Shown: positions 8,253 through 20,578, counted from the whole stretch's first letter. The stretch: DNA of 62,736 nt, filler included, from an uncultured Thermoplasmatales archaeon (GCA_964517155.1; 3 parts of 3 records of this genome joined end to end with filler, not necessarily neighbours in it); one strand, 5' to 3'. Notes: generated by a model from the letters alone, not told the origin. A program made the numbers and translations.

Positions 8253-9014
8253 TTAACCATACATATTAGGCTGAGGTGCCTGAGTTGCAGAAACCATTGG
8301 TTTCGCCTGTTTATGAATCTTCTGCAGTTGCTTTTCAATACGATCAGATTCATCATACAACGGTGTAACATTAATCTCAATATCCATGATGAGAGCCATA
8401 ACATTAATTGCTGCGGCTGCTGCACGAGCATCAGGATAATTTGGATGCGCTTCAGCAAGAATACTTATCACATCAAACTTCTGCTGCTTGCCAATATTAA
8501 GCAATACACCAGAAACACCAGCAATTATACCATTTTTAAACTGAGGAATGTTTTTACCAAGAAGCATACTGCGAGACATTTCAGTAGAACCAATGGCATA
8601 AGCTTCTACAGTTCCCTCTTCTTCATCTGATTTGCCTTCAACAACCATTCCTTCAGGAGAAATCAAAAGTTTACAATGTTTGTCTTTAGCCCATTTCATA
8701 ATAACCTCAGAAATAGAGTTGATAAGATTAGGTTTTGGTTTAAACTCAGATACAAAAACCACGATTTTACCAGCACGCGGTTGGCTACCTGCATAAATTC
8801 TAACCGGTGATAAAGGTTCACCAGTATGAACTACTGAAAGTGCAGGAAACTGTGGAGAACTAACACAACCAATCTGTTTTAAATTAAGTGCATCAATCAG
8901 ATAATTAGCAGCAATAGTGCTAACAAGACCAATAGATGGAAAACCTGCTATAACTGTTGCATCCTTCAAATCTACTTCTTCAAAATCACAGATATAAACA
9001 TCATCTTCACTCAA
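8253..9014 (-). CDS. PAC2-family proteasome assembly chaperone (PbaA/PbaB-like) with C-terminal HbYX motif
   Basis: GFPSIGLVSTIAANYL, IAGVSGVLL, PDARAAA; ends MYG; TTG start after GGTGA. Confidence 0.85.
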   Translation of the reverse strand: MSEDDVYICDFEEVDLKDATVIAGFPSIGLVSTIAANYLIDALNLKQIGCVSSPQFPALSVVHTGEPLSPVRIYAGSQPRAGKIVVFVSEFKPKPNLINSISEVIMKWAKDKHCKLLISPEGMVVEGKSDEEEGTVEAYAIGSTEMSRSMLLGKNIPQFKNGIIAGVSGVLLNIGKQQKFDVISILAEAHPNYPDARAAAAAINVMALIMDIEINVTPLYDESDRIEKQLQKIHKQAKPMVSATQAPQPNMYG

Positions 9015-9082
9015 TTATACATCACCATCCTAAAGTAAATACCTAATACGTTTTCTAGCATTTAAAATTAATTGGTGTTTAT

Positions 9083-10951
9083 TTATCCCTTAACCACACC
9101 AAGAGGCTTAAGTTTTGCAACCTTTTTTGAAAGCCCGGCACCATGTGCAATTTCTACAACTTTTTGTATGTTTTTGTATGCACCAGGTGCTTCTTCAGCT
9201 GCAACTTTTATACTTGCAGGATGAACATAAATGCCTATGTCTCCCAACTCTTTTACTATTTGTTCACCACGCCAATTTTTCAAAGCCTGATGACGAGACA
9301 TAACTCTTCCAGCACCATGACAAGTCGAACAAAACGTTTCTTTTGATTCCTTCGTACCTTTCAAAAGATAGCTTTCTGTACCCATATCACCAGGAATAAT
9401 TACGGGTTGGCCTATATCGCGATATTTAAGAGGAATTTCTTTTTTATCTGGGCCAAATGCACGGGTGGCACCTTTGCGATGAACACAAACCTTTATTTTT
9501 TTACCATCAACTGCATGCTCCTCGATTTTTGCAATATTATGACAAACATCATAAACTATATGCATACCCATATTTTCTGCAGAGTCATTTAAAACTTTTT
9601 CAAAAGATTCACGAACCCAATGAGTAATAAGCTGCCGGTTTGCCCATGCAAAATTTGCAGCACAAGCCATAGCCTTCAAATAATTTTGTCCTTCATTAGA
9701 ATTAATAGGTGCACAAGCAAGTTGACGATCAGGAAGCCAGATATTATATTTCTTAACAGCATTTTCAAGAACCTGCAGATGATCTGTACAAACCTGATGG
9801 CCGAACCCTCTTGAACCTGTATGAATCATAACACAAATCTGACCAATATCTGTAATACCATACGCTTTTGCAGCCTGGTTATCATATATTTCATCTACTT
9901 TTTGAATTTCAAGAAAATGATTACCTGCGCCAAGAGAGCCAACCTGTGAAAGACCACGTTGTACTGCTCTATTAGATACATAAGCAGGATCGGCGAAATC
10001 AATGCAACCATTTTCCTCAAGAAAACTTGGATCTTCTGTCCAGCCATATCCTTTTTCAACAGGATATTTTGCACCAGTTTTCATAATTTCTTCAAGTTCT
10101 TTTTTGCTGAATCTGATTCTAGCTTTAGAACCTAAACCAGATGGAACATTCATAAACATTTCATCTACAATAGTATGGATTTTATTTTTGTCTAAACCAG
10201 AAATATTTAAATTTGTTTTAACAAGTCTGATGCCGCAATTTGAAACAACAAAATTATTTGCAATAAAATTATGAAGAGGGTTAGAAACACTAATATCAAA
10301 AACTTCTTTTATTTTTTTTGGCTTGATACTTTTTACAACATCAAAATTAAACCTTTCATCATAATATCCAATTAAGTCTCCTACTCTTATGTATTTTAAT
10401 TCCTTCATTCCATCGGGGGTAAAAATTGGATGTTCTGAGGTTAACTGAAGTTTATAATTTTTTATGGTTGTTATTTCAAAAGTTTTATCTATTTTTTTAA
10501 GTGAAAAAAAAATTCTAGATTTTTCTATTTTATTTTTTAAATGGTTAAAAACAAAAACGTTGTCTTTTATATTTAAATTTTTTATTTCCTCAAAACTTCC
10601 ATCTCCCATTAATATTTTAGTATCCCCTGAAATGCAGTTAATATCAAAACCTACTCCACCTGGAGAAACCACTCCATTTTCAAAATCTGTTGCTGCAACA
10701 CCGCCTATCGAGAAACCATATCCCCAATGGATATCAGGCATAGCCATTGATTTTCCAACAATTCCTGGTAGCATAGCAACATTTGCAACCTGCTCTGGAG
10801 CGTTATCTTCACGTAGTAAAGGAATCATTGTTTCATCAGCATAAATTATTGCTGAAGTTTTCATTTTAAGATTATTTTTTTCTCCTTTGTAATCTTTTGG
10901 TATTTCGTATCTATATGCATCTATTTTTTTCAAAGGTCCATTCCAGGTCAT
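9083..10951 (-). CDS. rtcB: RNA ligase RtcB, intein-containing
   Basis: MPDIHWGYGFSIGG, GGVGFDIN/CG, GSLGAGNHFLE, HTGSRG, HRKGATR, HGAGR, EEAPGAYK. Confidence 0.96.
   Translation of the reverse strand: MTWNGPLKKIDAYRYEIPKDYKGEKNNLKMKTSAIIYADETMIPLLREDNAPEQVANVAMLPGIVGKSMAMPDIHWGYGFSIGGVAATDFENGVVSPGGVGFDINCISGDTKILMGDGSFEEIKNLNIKDNVFVFNHLKNKIEKSRIFFSLKKIDKTFEITTIKNYKLQLTSEHPIFTPDGMKELKYIRVGDLIGYYDERFNFDVVKSIKPKKIKEVFDISVSNPLHNFIANNFVVSNCGIRLVKTNLNISGLDKNKIHTIVDEMFMNVPSGLGSKARIRFSKKELEEIMKTGAKYPVEKGYGWTEDPSFLEENGCIDFADPAYVSNRAVQRGLSQVGSLGAGNHFLEIQKVDEIYDNQAAKAYGITDIGQICVMIHTGSRGFGHQVCTDHLQVLENAVKKYNIWLPDRQLACAPINSNEGQNYLKAMACAANFAWANRQLITHWVRESFEKVLNDSAENMGMHIVYDVCHNIAKIEEHAVDGKKIKVCVHRKGATRAFGPDKKEIPLKYRDIGQPVIIPGDMGTESYLLKGTKESKETFCSTCHGAGRVMSRHQALKNWRGEQIVKELGDIGIYVHPASIKVAAEEAPGAYKNIQKVVEIAHGAGLSKKVAKLKPLGVVKG
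10238..10636 (-). mobile_element. Mini-intein (133 aa, no homing endonuclease) in RtcB
   Basis: Begins CISGDTKILM, block B TSEHPIF, ends HNFIANNFVVSN followed by Cys; splits the conserved DIN|CG motif. Confidence 0.93.
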
Positions 10952-11007
10952 CAATATCTTACAAATACTAACTATGTAAAAAGATTTTGTATAAAATAAA
11001 TATCTTT

Positions 11008-13914
11008 TTAATTTTTTATTTTACGAAGATAAGGTACACCAGATTTATTTTCTTCTACTTCGTAGCCTTCAGGTATATCAATTGGTTTGGCATTTTCAGG
11101 TTCGCCTTTACTAAAAAATCTAACAGTTCTTTTATTACCTGATTTTGTTGTAATTTCTTTTTCATAAAGACTGTATTCGTTATACATAAATCCATAGATT
11201 GTTCTATCGCCTTTACTTGATTTTTTCTTATCTATACTTTCCCATTCCTCTTCAATTTCGAAATCTTCATTTTTTATATAGGGGTTTTCGTTTATATTGT
11301 TATATTCTTCATCTTCAGTAGTATTTACTTTTGTATATAGTTCTACTTCTTTTTTGATTTGTTTTGCAATTTTTTTACGGATACCTCTTATCTTAGTAAG
11401 ATTATTTATTGGCGTATCATTTAATTTTTCAATTGAATCAATACCGTTTTCTATAAGAAGGACACTTATTTTATCATCAATGCTTTCTATACTACTAAAA
11501 ACGCTATTATTTTTTTCGTCAGGTTTGATTTCTGGTACATCTTTTTCTATTTCTTCTTGGAAAAACTCGGTATCTTCTTCGTCTTTTTGTATTTCTGGAT
11601 CTTCATATTTTTTTATTTTTTCATCTACTTTTCTAAGATCTTCGTCAAACTCTTCTTCAAAATACTCTGTATCGTATTCTTCAGCTATTGGGTTATCAGA
11701 TTTTGTTTCTTTAAATCTGCTTTCAATTTCAAAAATTATGTCTTTTGCTTTTTTCTTTTTAATTCCTTTTACTTTTTTCAAATCTTTTATAGTTGCATTT
11801 TTTAACAAATCTACTGATGTAAAACCATTATCATATAGTAGTACTGCTGTCTCACCGTCTATGCTTTCAATTTCTGCAAATGTTTCTATTTTTTTGATAT
11901 CTTCATCTTCTTTAATAGATTCTTCATCATAGGTTTCTTCTTTGTTTTTTTCTATTTTTTCCTCTTTAAACTCTTGTTCTTCGTCAACAGTTGCCCATTC
12001 TGATTTGCTTAATTCAAATTCGACTTTGTGGTCGTCTTCTTTTTCTTCTTCAAAGACTGTTTTGTTTTTTATCTGCTCTTCTGTTATTTCACCTTCTGCT
12101 GTTTCATCGACATTTATAGGTTTTGGTTCTGCTGATTGAATTATTTTTTCTTCTATTTCAGAAATTATTTGTTTTGCTTTTCTTTTTTTGATACCAGCTA
12201 TTTTTGACAGGTCATTTATTGTTGCGTTTTTTAGAGTGTCTATTGTGTTGTAGCCGTTATCATATAGTGTTATTGCGGTTTTTTCATCTATACTTTGAAT
12301 TTCATTAAACACTGCAATTTTTTCTTCATCTAAAATTATATCTTCTTCTAATTCTTCATCTAATTCTTGAATCTGCTCTTCAGTTACTTCAACTTGTGCT
12401 GTTTCTTGTGTTTCAATTGGTTTGTATCCAAATATTTCATTTGTTTTTTCGTCTATTTCTTTTTTTATTTGTTTTGCTTTTCTTTTTTTGATACCAGTTA
12501 TTTTTGTAATGTCTTTGAGTGATGCTAAATTTATTGCATCTATTGATGTAAAACCATTATCATATAGTGTTATTGCTGTTTCTTCATCTATACTCTGAAT
12601 TTCTCTAAATGCTTCTTTCTTTTTTTCTTTTTCCAGATGTATTTCTTCAGATTCAACAGTTTCTTCTTTAATGTCTTCTTCTAAAACGGGTTCTTCATCA
12701 ACTGATCCTTCTTTTATTTCTTGTTCTTCTTCAACAGGTGTCCATTCTGAGTTACTTGGTTCAAATTCGACTTTGTCATTTTCTTGTTGTTCTTCTGTTA
12801 TTTCACCTTCTGCTGTTTCATCGACATTTATAGGTTTTGGCTCTACTGATTGAATTATTTTTTCTTCAAGCTCTTTTTTTATTTGTTTTGCTTTTCTTTT
12901 TTTAATTCCAGTAATTTTTGATATTTCTTTAGATGATGCTATAGTTAATGCATCTAAAGATGGAAAACCGTTATCATATAGTTTTATTGCTGTTTCTTCA
13001 TCTATACTTTGAATTTCTTTGAATACCTCTATTTTTTTATCTTTTTCAGTATCAATTTCGACTGTTTCTTCTTCAACTTCTGTTTCATCTGTTTCCTCTG
13101 ATGTTTTTTGATACCAGTCTACATCATCTTTTTCTTCTTTTTCAATAGGGATAAAACTTGGGAGTGTCTCTTTTTCATCAGATTCCTTTTCTTTTTCTTC
13201 AAAAGTTTCATTAATTTTAAAGCCGCATGTGTGGCAGAAGTTTACATCTTTTTTTATTTTATTTCCACAGCTTGGGCATAAATTTTCAGGTTCGATTTGT
13301 TGTTCTTGAATTTTTTCAAATTCTATAAAAGACTCATTTTTTAACTCAGATATTTCTTCTTTTATTTTTTGTTCTGTTTCTTCTTCGTTTTTAATAGGTT
13401 CCCATTCTGTTAGTTCTTCTTCATTTTTTTCTTCAGATTTGGTAAAATCTTTTTCAACAGCAGGCTCTGAATAAATTATTTCTTTTTTTTCTGGTTTATC
13501 TTCTTTTTTAACTACTTTTGGTTTAACTTCTAAAAACTCAGGTTCTTTAATCTCGACTTTTTTAATTTCTATTAAGTCCTCTTCAAAATCTTTTTCTTCT
13601 TTTACTTCTTCAAACACTGGTTCAGGCTTTATTTCAATGGATTTTTCTGCTATAATTATCTTAGAGGTTACAGGTTTAGTTTCTTGTTTTCTTTGATGAA
13701 TCGTGACTTTTGGTTTTAAAGAATATGTTTCTGTTTCACTTGTTTCAACTTTTTGTTTGATAATTACTTTTTTATGGGTGGATTCATCAAGTCTTTTTTT
13801 CAAAGTAATTAGGTATTTTTCATCTTTAGGATCTAGTTTCTTTGAGGATTTTTTATCTAATATTATTCGTAATTTTTCAATCCCGTTTTTTTTATTTTTT
13901 TTATCATCTGACAT
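11008..13914 (-). CDS. Large acidic protein with a zinc ribbon and five helix-hairpin-helix modules
   Basis: CPSCG..CHTCG; five copies of (E)IxSIDxxTAxxLYDNG..I.GIKKRKAKQI; Glu/Lys-rich linkers. Confidence 0.75.
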   Translation of the reverse strand: MSDDKKNKKNGIEKLRIILDKKSSKKLDPKDEKYLITLKKRLDESTHKKVIIKQKVETSETETYSLKPKVTIHQRKQETKPVTSKIIIAEKSIEIKPEPVFEEVKEEKDFEEDLIEIKKVEIKEPEFLEVKPKVVKKEDKPEKKEIIYSEPAVEKDFTKSEEKNEEELTEWEPIKNEEETEQKIKEEISELKNESFIEFEKIQEQQIEPENLCPSCGNKIKKDVNFCHTCGFKINETFEEKEKESDEKETLPSFIPIEKEEKDDVDWYQKTSEETDETEVEEETVEIDTEKDKKIEVFKEIQSIDEETAIKLYDNGFPSLDALTIASSKEISKITGIKKRKAKQIKKELEEKIIQSVEPKPINVDETAEGEITEEQQENDKVEFEPSNSEWTPVEEEQEIKEGSVDEEPVLEEDIKEETVESEEIHLEKEKKKEAFREIQSIDEETAITLYDNGFTSIDAINLASLKDITKITGIKKRKAKQIKKEIDEKTNEIFGYKPIETQETAQVEVTEEQIQELDEELEEDIILDEEKIAVFNEIQSIDEKTAITLYDNGYNTIDTLKNATINDLSKIAGIKKRKAKQIISEIEEKIIQSAEPKPINVDETAEGEITEEQIKNKTVFEEEKEDDHKVEFELSKSEWATVDEEQEFKEEKIEKNKEETYDEESIKEDEDIKKIETFAEIESIDGETAVLLYDNGFTSVDLLKNATIKDLKKVKGIKKKKAKDIIFEIESRFKETKSDNPIAEEYDTEYFEEEFDEDLRKVDEKIKKYEDPEIQKDEEDTEFFQEEIEKDVPEIKPDEKNNSVFSSIESIDDKISVLLIENGIDSIEKLNDTPINNLTKIRGIRKKIAKQIKKEVELYTKVNTTEDEEYNNINENPYIKNEDFEIEEEWESIDKKKSSKGDRTIYGFMYNEYSLYEKEITTKSGNKRTVRFFSKGEPENAKPIDIPEGYEVEENKSGVPYLRKIKN

Positions 13915-14085
13915 TTTTTAATTCCTGCCATTAAATAGTTAATAGTTATTATTATATTTTTATTAACTCGTATTTAAATACCTTGTTGAACAACTGTTAT
14001 CATAAATACTATAAGATTTTTATTATATTAATAAATTTTCCTAGTTTTGAGGGTTTTTTTTAAATTAAAAAGTTTATTAAGCTGA

Positions 14086-15519
<1,434 letters not shown>

Positions 15520-15527
<8 letters not shown>

Positions 15528-16779
15528 TTTCTTCTATTATTTCTTTTGCACGATCTAGTTTTACTTTTCCTTCTTTTACAAGTTTTTCTGCCACTATTTC
15601 TATCTGTTTACCCGTGGCTCCTGCCATTACCGCAATATTTTTTGCATGTAGATTCATATGCCCTTTTTGTATTCCAACTGTAGAAAGTGCAAATACTGCT
15701 GCAAAGTTTTGTGCAAGACCAAGAGATGCAACTATTTCAGATAATTCCTTTGCTGTTTTTATCCCAAGTATTTTTTTGCAGAGTTTTGCTTTTGGATGAA
15801 TATTTCCTGCACCGCCAACTATTCCAACGGCTACTGGTAGCTCTATTTCACCTACTAGGTTTCCATTTTTGTCTTTTTTATAATTTGTAAGAGAAGTATA
15901 TTGTCCATTTCTTGCAGCATAGGCATGAGCACCTGCTTCTATTGCACGAAAATCATTACCTGTTGCAATAATAAGTGAATCTATGCCATTCATTATTCCC
16001 TTGTTATGTGTTGCAGCGCGGTATGGATCTATTACGGCTAGGGTGTATGATTCCAGAAAGGCATCTACATTTTTTTCTCCGCCCATTGTTTCTTTATCAA
16101 ATACTGCTTTTGCTTTTACAATTCTTTTATCTGCAAGGTTTGATAAGATTTTAAGGCGGATTTTTCCTCCTGTAAGTTCCTCAAGCATTGGTGCAAGGGC
16201 TTCACACATAGTATTTACTGCGTTTGCACCCATTGCATCACGTACATCTACAATTATATGTGTAACAATCATTTTATCTGTTGGGCTGTCAAGAATCCTT
16301 ACTTCGATGTCTTTTGCGCCTCCTCCAAAATTTACAAGAACTTTATCCTGAGAATTTGCAAGAGTCAAAAGTTGCTTTTTATGTTTTAAAATGTTTTGAG
16401 CAGCATCTGCTACATCCTCAACATTTAAAAGTTGTAGTTGTCCAATCATAAGTGGATCAGAACACTGCGTTTTAAAGCCACCTTTAACACGGGCTATTTT
16501 TGCAGCGTTACTTGCAGCTGCAACAACACTTGATTCTTCTGTAGCCATTGGTATAAGATATTCTTTGTCATTTATCACAAAGTTAACAGCTATACCAAGT
16601 GGAAGTTCAAAGGTTCCAAGCACGTTTTCTATCATTCTATCTGCTGTTTGAATGTCAAGGCTGGATGAAAATAATTTTACATCTTCTTCAGATAAATCAG
16701 AAAAATTTTTTACAAGATCTATTCGTTTTTCAATTGAAAGTTTATAAAAACCAGAGATTTTAGATGTTTTTTCAGACAT
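15520..16779 (-). CDS. Hydroxymethylglutaryl-CoA reductase, class II
   Basis: MIENVLG, PMATEESSVVAAAS, DAMGAN, RAATHNKGIMNG, GIQKGHMNLH. Confidence 0.94.
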
Positions 16780-16898
16780 TTTTATATATCCTCCCTATCT
16801 TGGGATTTTCAGAAAACAACTAAATCTTTTTAAAATTGTTTATTTTATACTCGTCTTTTGCCGAATTAACCTGTTATCTTTTTAATAAGATAAAATGT

Positions 16899-18836
16899 TT
16901 AAAGTTTTTCTCTGCTTTTAACTGCCATTCCATAGTTAAACGAAAGCATTTCATCTCTGTTCATAATACATCTTCCAATAGCTAGAAAATTATCTTTCTC
17001 ATCAACTATTAAACATTCATCCATAGGTCTAAGTTCAGGATCGCAGTCCTTTACAAACTTTGCAAAAACACTTTTTCCTTCTTTTATAAAATCTACTGCA
17101 TCAGTATCTACAACAACTCTGAGACAAGGATATTTAAAATTTTTATGAAGAATCTTTCCTCCATCAAGTTTTAAAGTAAACATGCCGTCATTTGCACGCA
17201 TTGACAAAACGTGTTTACCATCACAATAAACATTGCGTATTTTACCAGTTTTTTTAGATTTAACAATCTCAACTTTTCCATTGAGTAAAACATTTCCTGC
17301 ACCTTTACAGAATTGCATATTGGCAACAGCGCTAATTCTTCTTATATCAAAATTAAAATCTTCTTCATTATCTTCTATTTCCTCTAATGTTTTAAAGCCA
17401 GTCCAACAGATAACATTAATGTTTTTTGTAAAAAGATTAAAAAGACTAGTAATTGTTTTTTCTGTTTCTTCATCAGTAAAAACTGGAAAAACAGATTGTG
17501 CAAATGGATACATTTCATCAAGCTCAACCGGAACTGGGCCAAGCGTAGAATCAATTATGATATTCACATTACTATTTTTACGATAAATCTGCTTTATTTC
17601 ATCTGAATAATATGCTGAGAAAGGTTTACCAGATTCTGGAAAAACAACAAAATTTGAAGAACGAGGAGTAAAACGTTCTAATAACCTTTTATGTGCTCTA
17701 TAAATAATAGGTCTGTGAACTGTTTGACTTCCAGTATAAAACATAGCTTTGTTTTTGGAAATCGGTTCAAATTTTTCAAGCCAGGCATTGTTTTCATCTG
17801 TTCTAAGAAGTTTAACGGCCTCTAAAAGATATGGGTTTTCAGTAGCTCTTGTTTCAACAAGCTCCCATAAAGATCCCTGTGAAATAGCATTTCTAATCTT
17901 TTTTATTTCAGCAAAGCTGACATATAGATTATGTTTTGCAATCTCTTTTGTTTTTTCTTTTCCACCTAGTTTTTTAAGTTCATCTGCAGTAAAACTTGAG
18001 CAGACTGGACAGCAGCATGGTAATTCTGTGATATCCTCTAGTTTTTCTGTGCCCCATGAAAAAATCATGCGATTATCATTTGCATATTTAACGTAGGCTG
18101 ATGAATCAAAAAAATCACAGCCAAGTGCAACAGCAATTGGGAATACAAGAGGATGTCCTGCTCCAAAAAGATGAACTGGTTTACTTGGGTCTAATCCTTT
18201 TTTAGCATTTATTATAACAGTTATAAGATCTGAATAGCGCTGGTTTTCCATTAGTGGAACTACTCCTCCAATTGGATAAAAATCCCCGTCAATTTTTGCT
18301 AGTTCTTTTGCACATTTGAGTCTTAAATCAGGATAAATTGAACCTTGTACCGGCATTGCAAGAATCATTTCTCCTTTGAGTTTAACACTTTTTTTTGCAC
18401 GTTTCACTGTTTCTTTAAAGCCACTTTCTGCTTCAGCATATGTTTGGTCCGGTGTTCCAAAGATATCAAGTATTGTTCCAATATCGCTTCCAATGTCGCT
18501 TTGAAACTTGACAATTTCAAGGGGATCTAAGTTGACATCTCCATAAACATATGATTGGAAAGTTCCTGAATCAGTCATTATTGGTCCGTCAAAATCTATT
18601 AGACTATGCACACCATCTCTGAGTGCTTTTTCTCCTAGTTTTTTATCTTTTTTTATAATGTATGAGTTTGTAATTACAATTTCTGTTCCAAAAAGTTTTT
18701 TCATTTCTTTTGGAGTAATTAACATTTTATTTGGGTTTATCACAGGCATAAGATTTGGCGTAGTAACTGTACCATGTTTTGTAGTAAATTTACATATTCT
18801 TCCCGCTGCATCTCTGTCTTTTATTTCAAATTTCAT
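16899..18836 (-). CDS. tgtA: Archaeosine tRNA-guanine(15) transglycosylase with C-terminal PUA domain
   Basis: IMTDSGTFQ, IGGVVPLME, VHLFGAGHP, DFFDSSAY, PCCCPVC, SVFAKFV PUA segment. Confidence 0.95.
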   Translation of the reverse strand: MKFEIKDRDAAGRICKFTTKHGTVTTPNLMPVINPNKMLITPKEMKKLFGTEIVITNSYIIKKDKKLGEKALRDGVHSLIDFDGPIMTDSGTFQSYVYGDVNLDPLEIVKFQSDIGSDIGTILDIFGTPDQTYAEAESGFKETVKRAKKSVKLKGEMILAMPVQGSIYPDLRLKCAKELAKIDGDFYPIGGVVPLMENQRYSDLITVIINAKKGLDPSKPVHLFGAGHPLVFPIAVALGCDFFDSSAYVKYANDNRMIFSWGTEKLEDITELPCCCPVCSSFTADELKKLGGKEKTKEIAKHNLYVSFAEIKKIRNAISQGSLWELVETRATENPYLLEAVKLLRTDENNAWLEKFEPISKNKAMFYTGSQTVHRPIIYRAHKRLLERFTPRSSNFVVFPESGKPFSAYYSDEIKQIYRKNSNVNIIIDSTLGPVPVELDEMYPFAQSVFPVFTDEETEKTITSLFNLFTKNINVICWTGFKTLEEIEDNEEDFNFDIRRISAVANMQFCKGAGNVLLNGKVEIVKSKKTGKIRNVYCDGKHVLSMRANDGMFTLKLDGGKILHKNFKYPCLRVVVDTDAVDFIKEGKSVFAKFVKDCDPELRPMDECLIVDEKDNFLAIGRCIMNRDEMLSFNYGMAVKSREKL

Positions 18837-18840
18837 AAAA

Positions 18841-19608
18841 CTATGCACCTATTTGTATAGGATTAACAATTCTCTTAAGTGTCGCAATTGCAGAAAGTGA
18901 AGCCATATAACTACTCTTTGGGTTATTAGGATTAGGCATATTTTCAATTTCAGCACGAAATCTACCAAAACCGCCGTGAGCAAGAATTTTATGACTGTTT
19001 CTAGTAGCAACAGGATCTGCAACAATCTCAACACGAGTTTTATCAAATCCTACGCCTGCAAGAGATAAACTTGCAGCAACATTAATATTCTGAGGAAACT
19101 TTTTTACTGCATCTCTTGCGCTACCTCGGAAAACAACAGTGCGTTTCTCAAAATCTTTTCCTAATGATTTAGGGGATTTAGTAGTGACAAGGGTGACCTC
19201 ATCAATTTTGTCTATACTTGCTGCTAATATTCCATCAATTCCGCAAATTGCTCCAGAGGGAACATAGATCTTACAATGTTTTTTCTTTGCGACTTTTTCT
19301 AGTTTCTCTCTAAATTTATCTTCAAAAAGACTGCCGACGCTCATTAAAATAAGGTCTTTACCCGATTCCAGCACGATTTCGGCATATTCATTAACCGCTT
19401 TTTGTGAAGCAGCCTCAAAGACGACATCTACATCTTCAAGAAAATCTTTAACAGATTTGCATTTTCCTTTATGTATTTTTTTTAGAAGAACGTCTTCTGC
19501 TTTTTTGTTAATATCAAAAAGATAAATCTTTTCTATTTCATTCATTTCATCTGCATAAACTGTAACATCGGTGCCAATAGCACCACAGCCAATAATTCCA
19601 AGTCTCAT
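18841..19608 (-). CDS. nadX: L-aspartate dehydrogenase
   Basis: MRLGIIGCGAIG, EAASQ, PSGAICGID, FPQNINVAA, NPKSS; real start at 19608, not the extended ORF. Confidence 0.92.
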   Translation of the reverse strand: MRLGIIGCGAIGTDVTVYADEMNEIEKIYLFDINKKAEDVLLKKIHKGKCKSVKDFLEDVDVVFEAASQKAVNEYAEIVLESGKDLILMSVGSLFEDKFREKLEKVAKKKHCKIYVPSGAICGIDGILAASIDKIDEVTLVTTKSPKSLGKDFEKRTVVFRGSARDAVKKFPQNINVAASLSLAGVGFDKTRVEIVADPVATRNSHKILAHGGFGRFRAEIENMPNPNNPKSSYMASLSAIATLKRIVNPIQIGA

Positions 19609-19657
19609 ATTTGTTACCAAAACCTTAAAACACTGTGCATGTATAAAAAATATTGTT

Positions 19658-20473
19658 ATGTATGATATAGAAAAATTTCTAAAAGAAGATTTAGGTGATG
19701 AGGGAGATATAACTTCTGAAGCTTTATTTTCTTTTGAGACTGCAAAAGCAAAAATTATTGTAAGAGAGAAATGTGTTATTGCAGGTGTTGAAGAAACAAA
19801 AAAATTATTTGAAAAACTAAAAGTTAGAACAAACTTTTTTTTAAATGATGGCGAGTTTGTTAAAAAATCTGAGGTTATAGCTGAATTAAATGGCAAGGCG
19901 GCATCAATTTTAAAAGGTGAGCGATTAGCATTAAATACGCTTGGAAGAATGAGCGGTATTGCAACAGAAACAAAAAATCTTGTAGAAATTGTTAAAAAAA
20001 TAAATCCAAAAACAACTATTGCTGCGACACGTAAAACTACACCTGGTTTTCGTAAATATGAAAAAAAAGCGGTTTTAATAGGAGGTGGAGAGCCACATCG
20101 AATGGGACTTTATGATGCAGTAATGATTAAAGATAATCATCTAAAAATAGTAGGATCTGTAGAAACTGCAATAAAGACAGTTAAGCATAATATAAAAAAT
20201 AAAATAATTGAAATCGAAGTTGAAAATGAAAAAGATGCATTAAAAGCTGCAGAGTTGGGTGTTGATGTTATAATGCTTGATAACTTTGATTGCGAATATG
20301 CAAGAAAAACTTCAGAAAAAATAAGGAAAATAAACAAAAAAATATTAGTAGAGATATCTGGAGGAATAACGCCTGAAAATATCAAGAATTATGCGTCTTT
20401 TGCCGATCGAATATCTCTTGGATGTATTACGCACTCTGTAAAAAACATAGATTTTTCTCTTGAGGTTATTTAA
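19658..20473 (+). CDS. nadC: Nicotinate-nucleotide pyrophosphorylase (quinolinate phosphoribosyltransferase)
   Basis: EDLG..GDITS, TRKTTPG, HRMGLYDAVMIKDNH, IMLDN, EISGGI. Confidence 0.95.
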   Translation: MYDIEKFLKEDLGDEGDITSEALFSFETAKAKIIVREKCVIAGVEETKKLFEKLKVRTNFFLNDGEFVKKSEVIAELNGKAASILKGERLALNTLGRMSGIATETKNLVEIVKKINPKTTIAATRKTTPGFRKYEKKAVLIGGGEPHRMGLYDAVMIKDNHLKIVGSVETAIKTVKHNIKNKIIEIEVENEKDALKAAELGVDVIMLDNFDCEYARKTSEKIRKINKKILVEISGGITPENIKNYASFADRISLGCITHSVKNIDFSLEVI

Positions 20474-20578
20474 TTTTTTAGGAAATATTTAATAATTAAT
20501 ATTGCTTTACAATATTGACAATAATATAAAATTCATACAAAAGAGGGGCTTATTGTTGTGAGGATTTGGTGATTGATG

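Noticed and set aside
11297..12853. Ser/Phe-rich plus-strand ORFs (11297-11932, 11557-11805, 11942-12139, 12671-12853)
   Set aside because: Antisense shadows of the Glu/Lys-rich minus-strand gene
19571..19896. Long head-to-head overlap of the nadX and nadC ORFs in the track
   Set aside because: Conserved N-termini begin at 19608 and 19658; the extensions are antisense shadows
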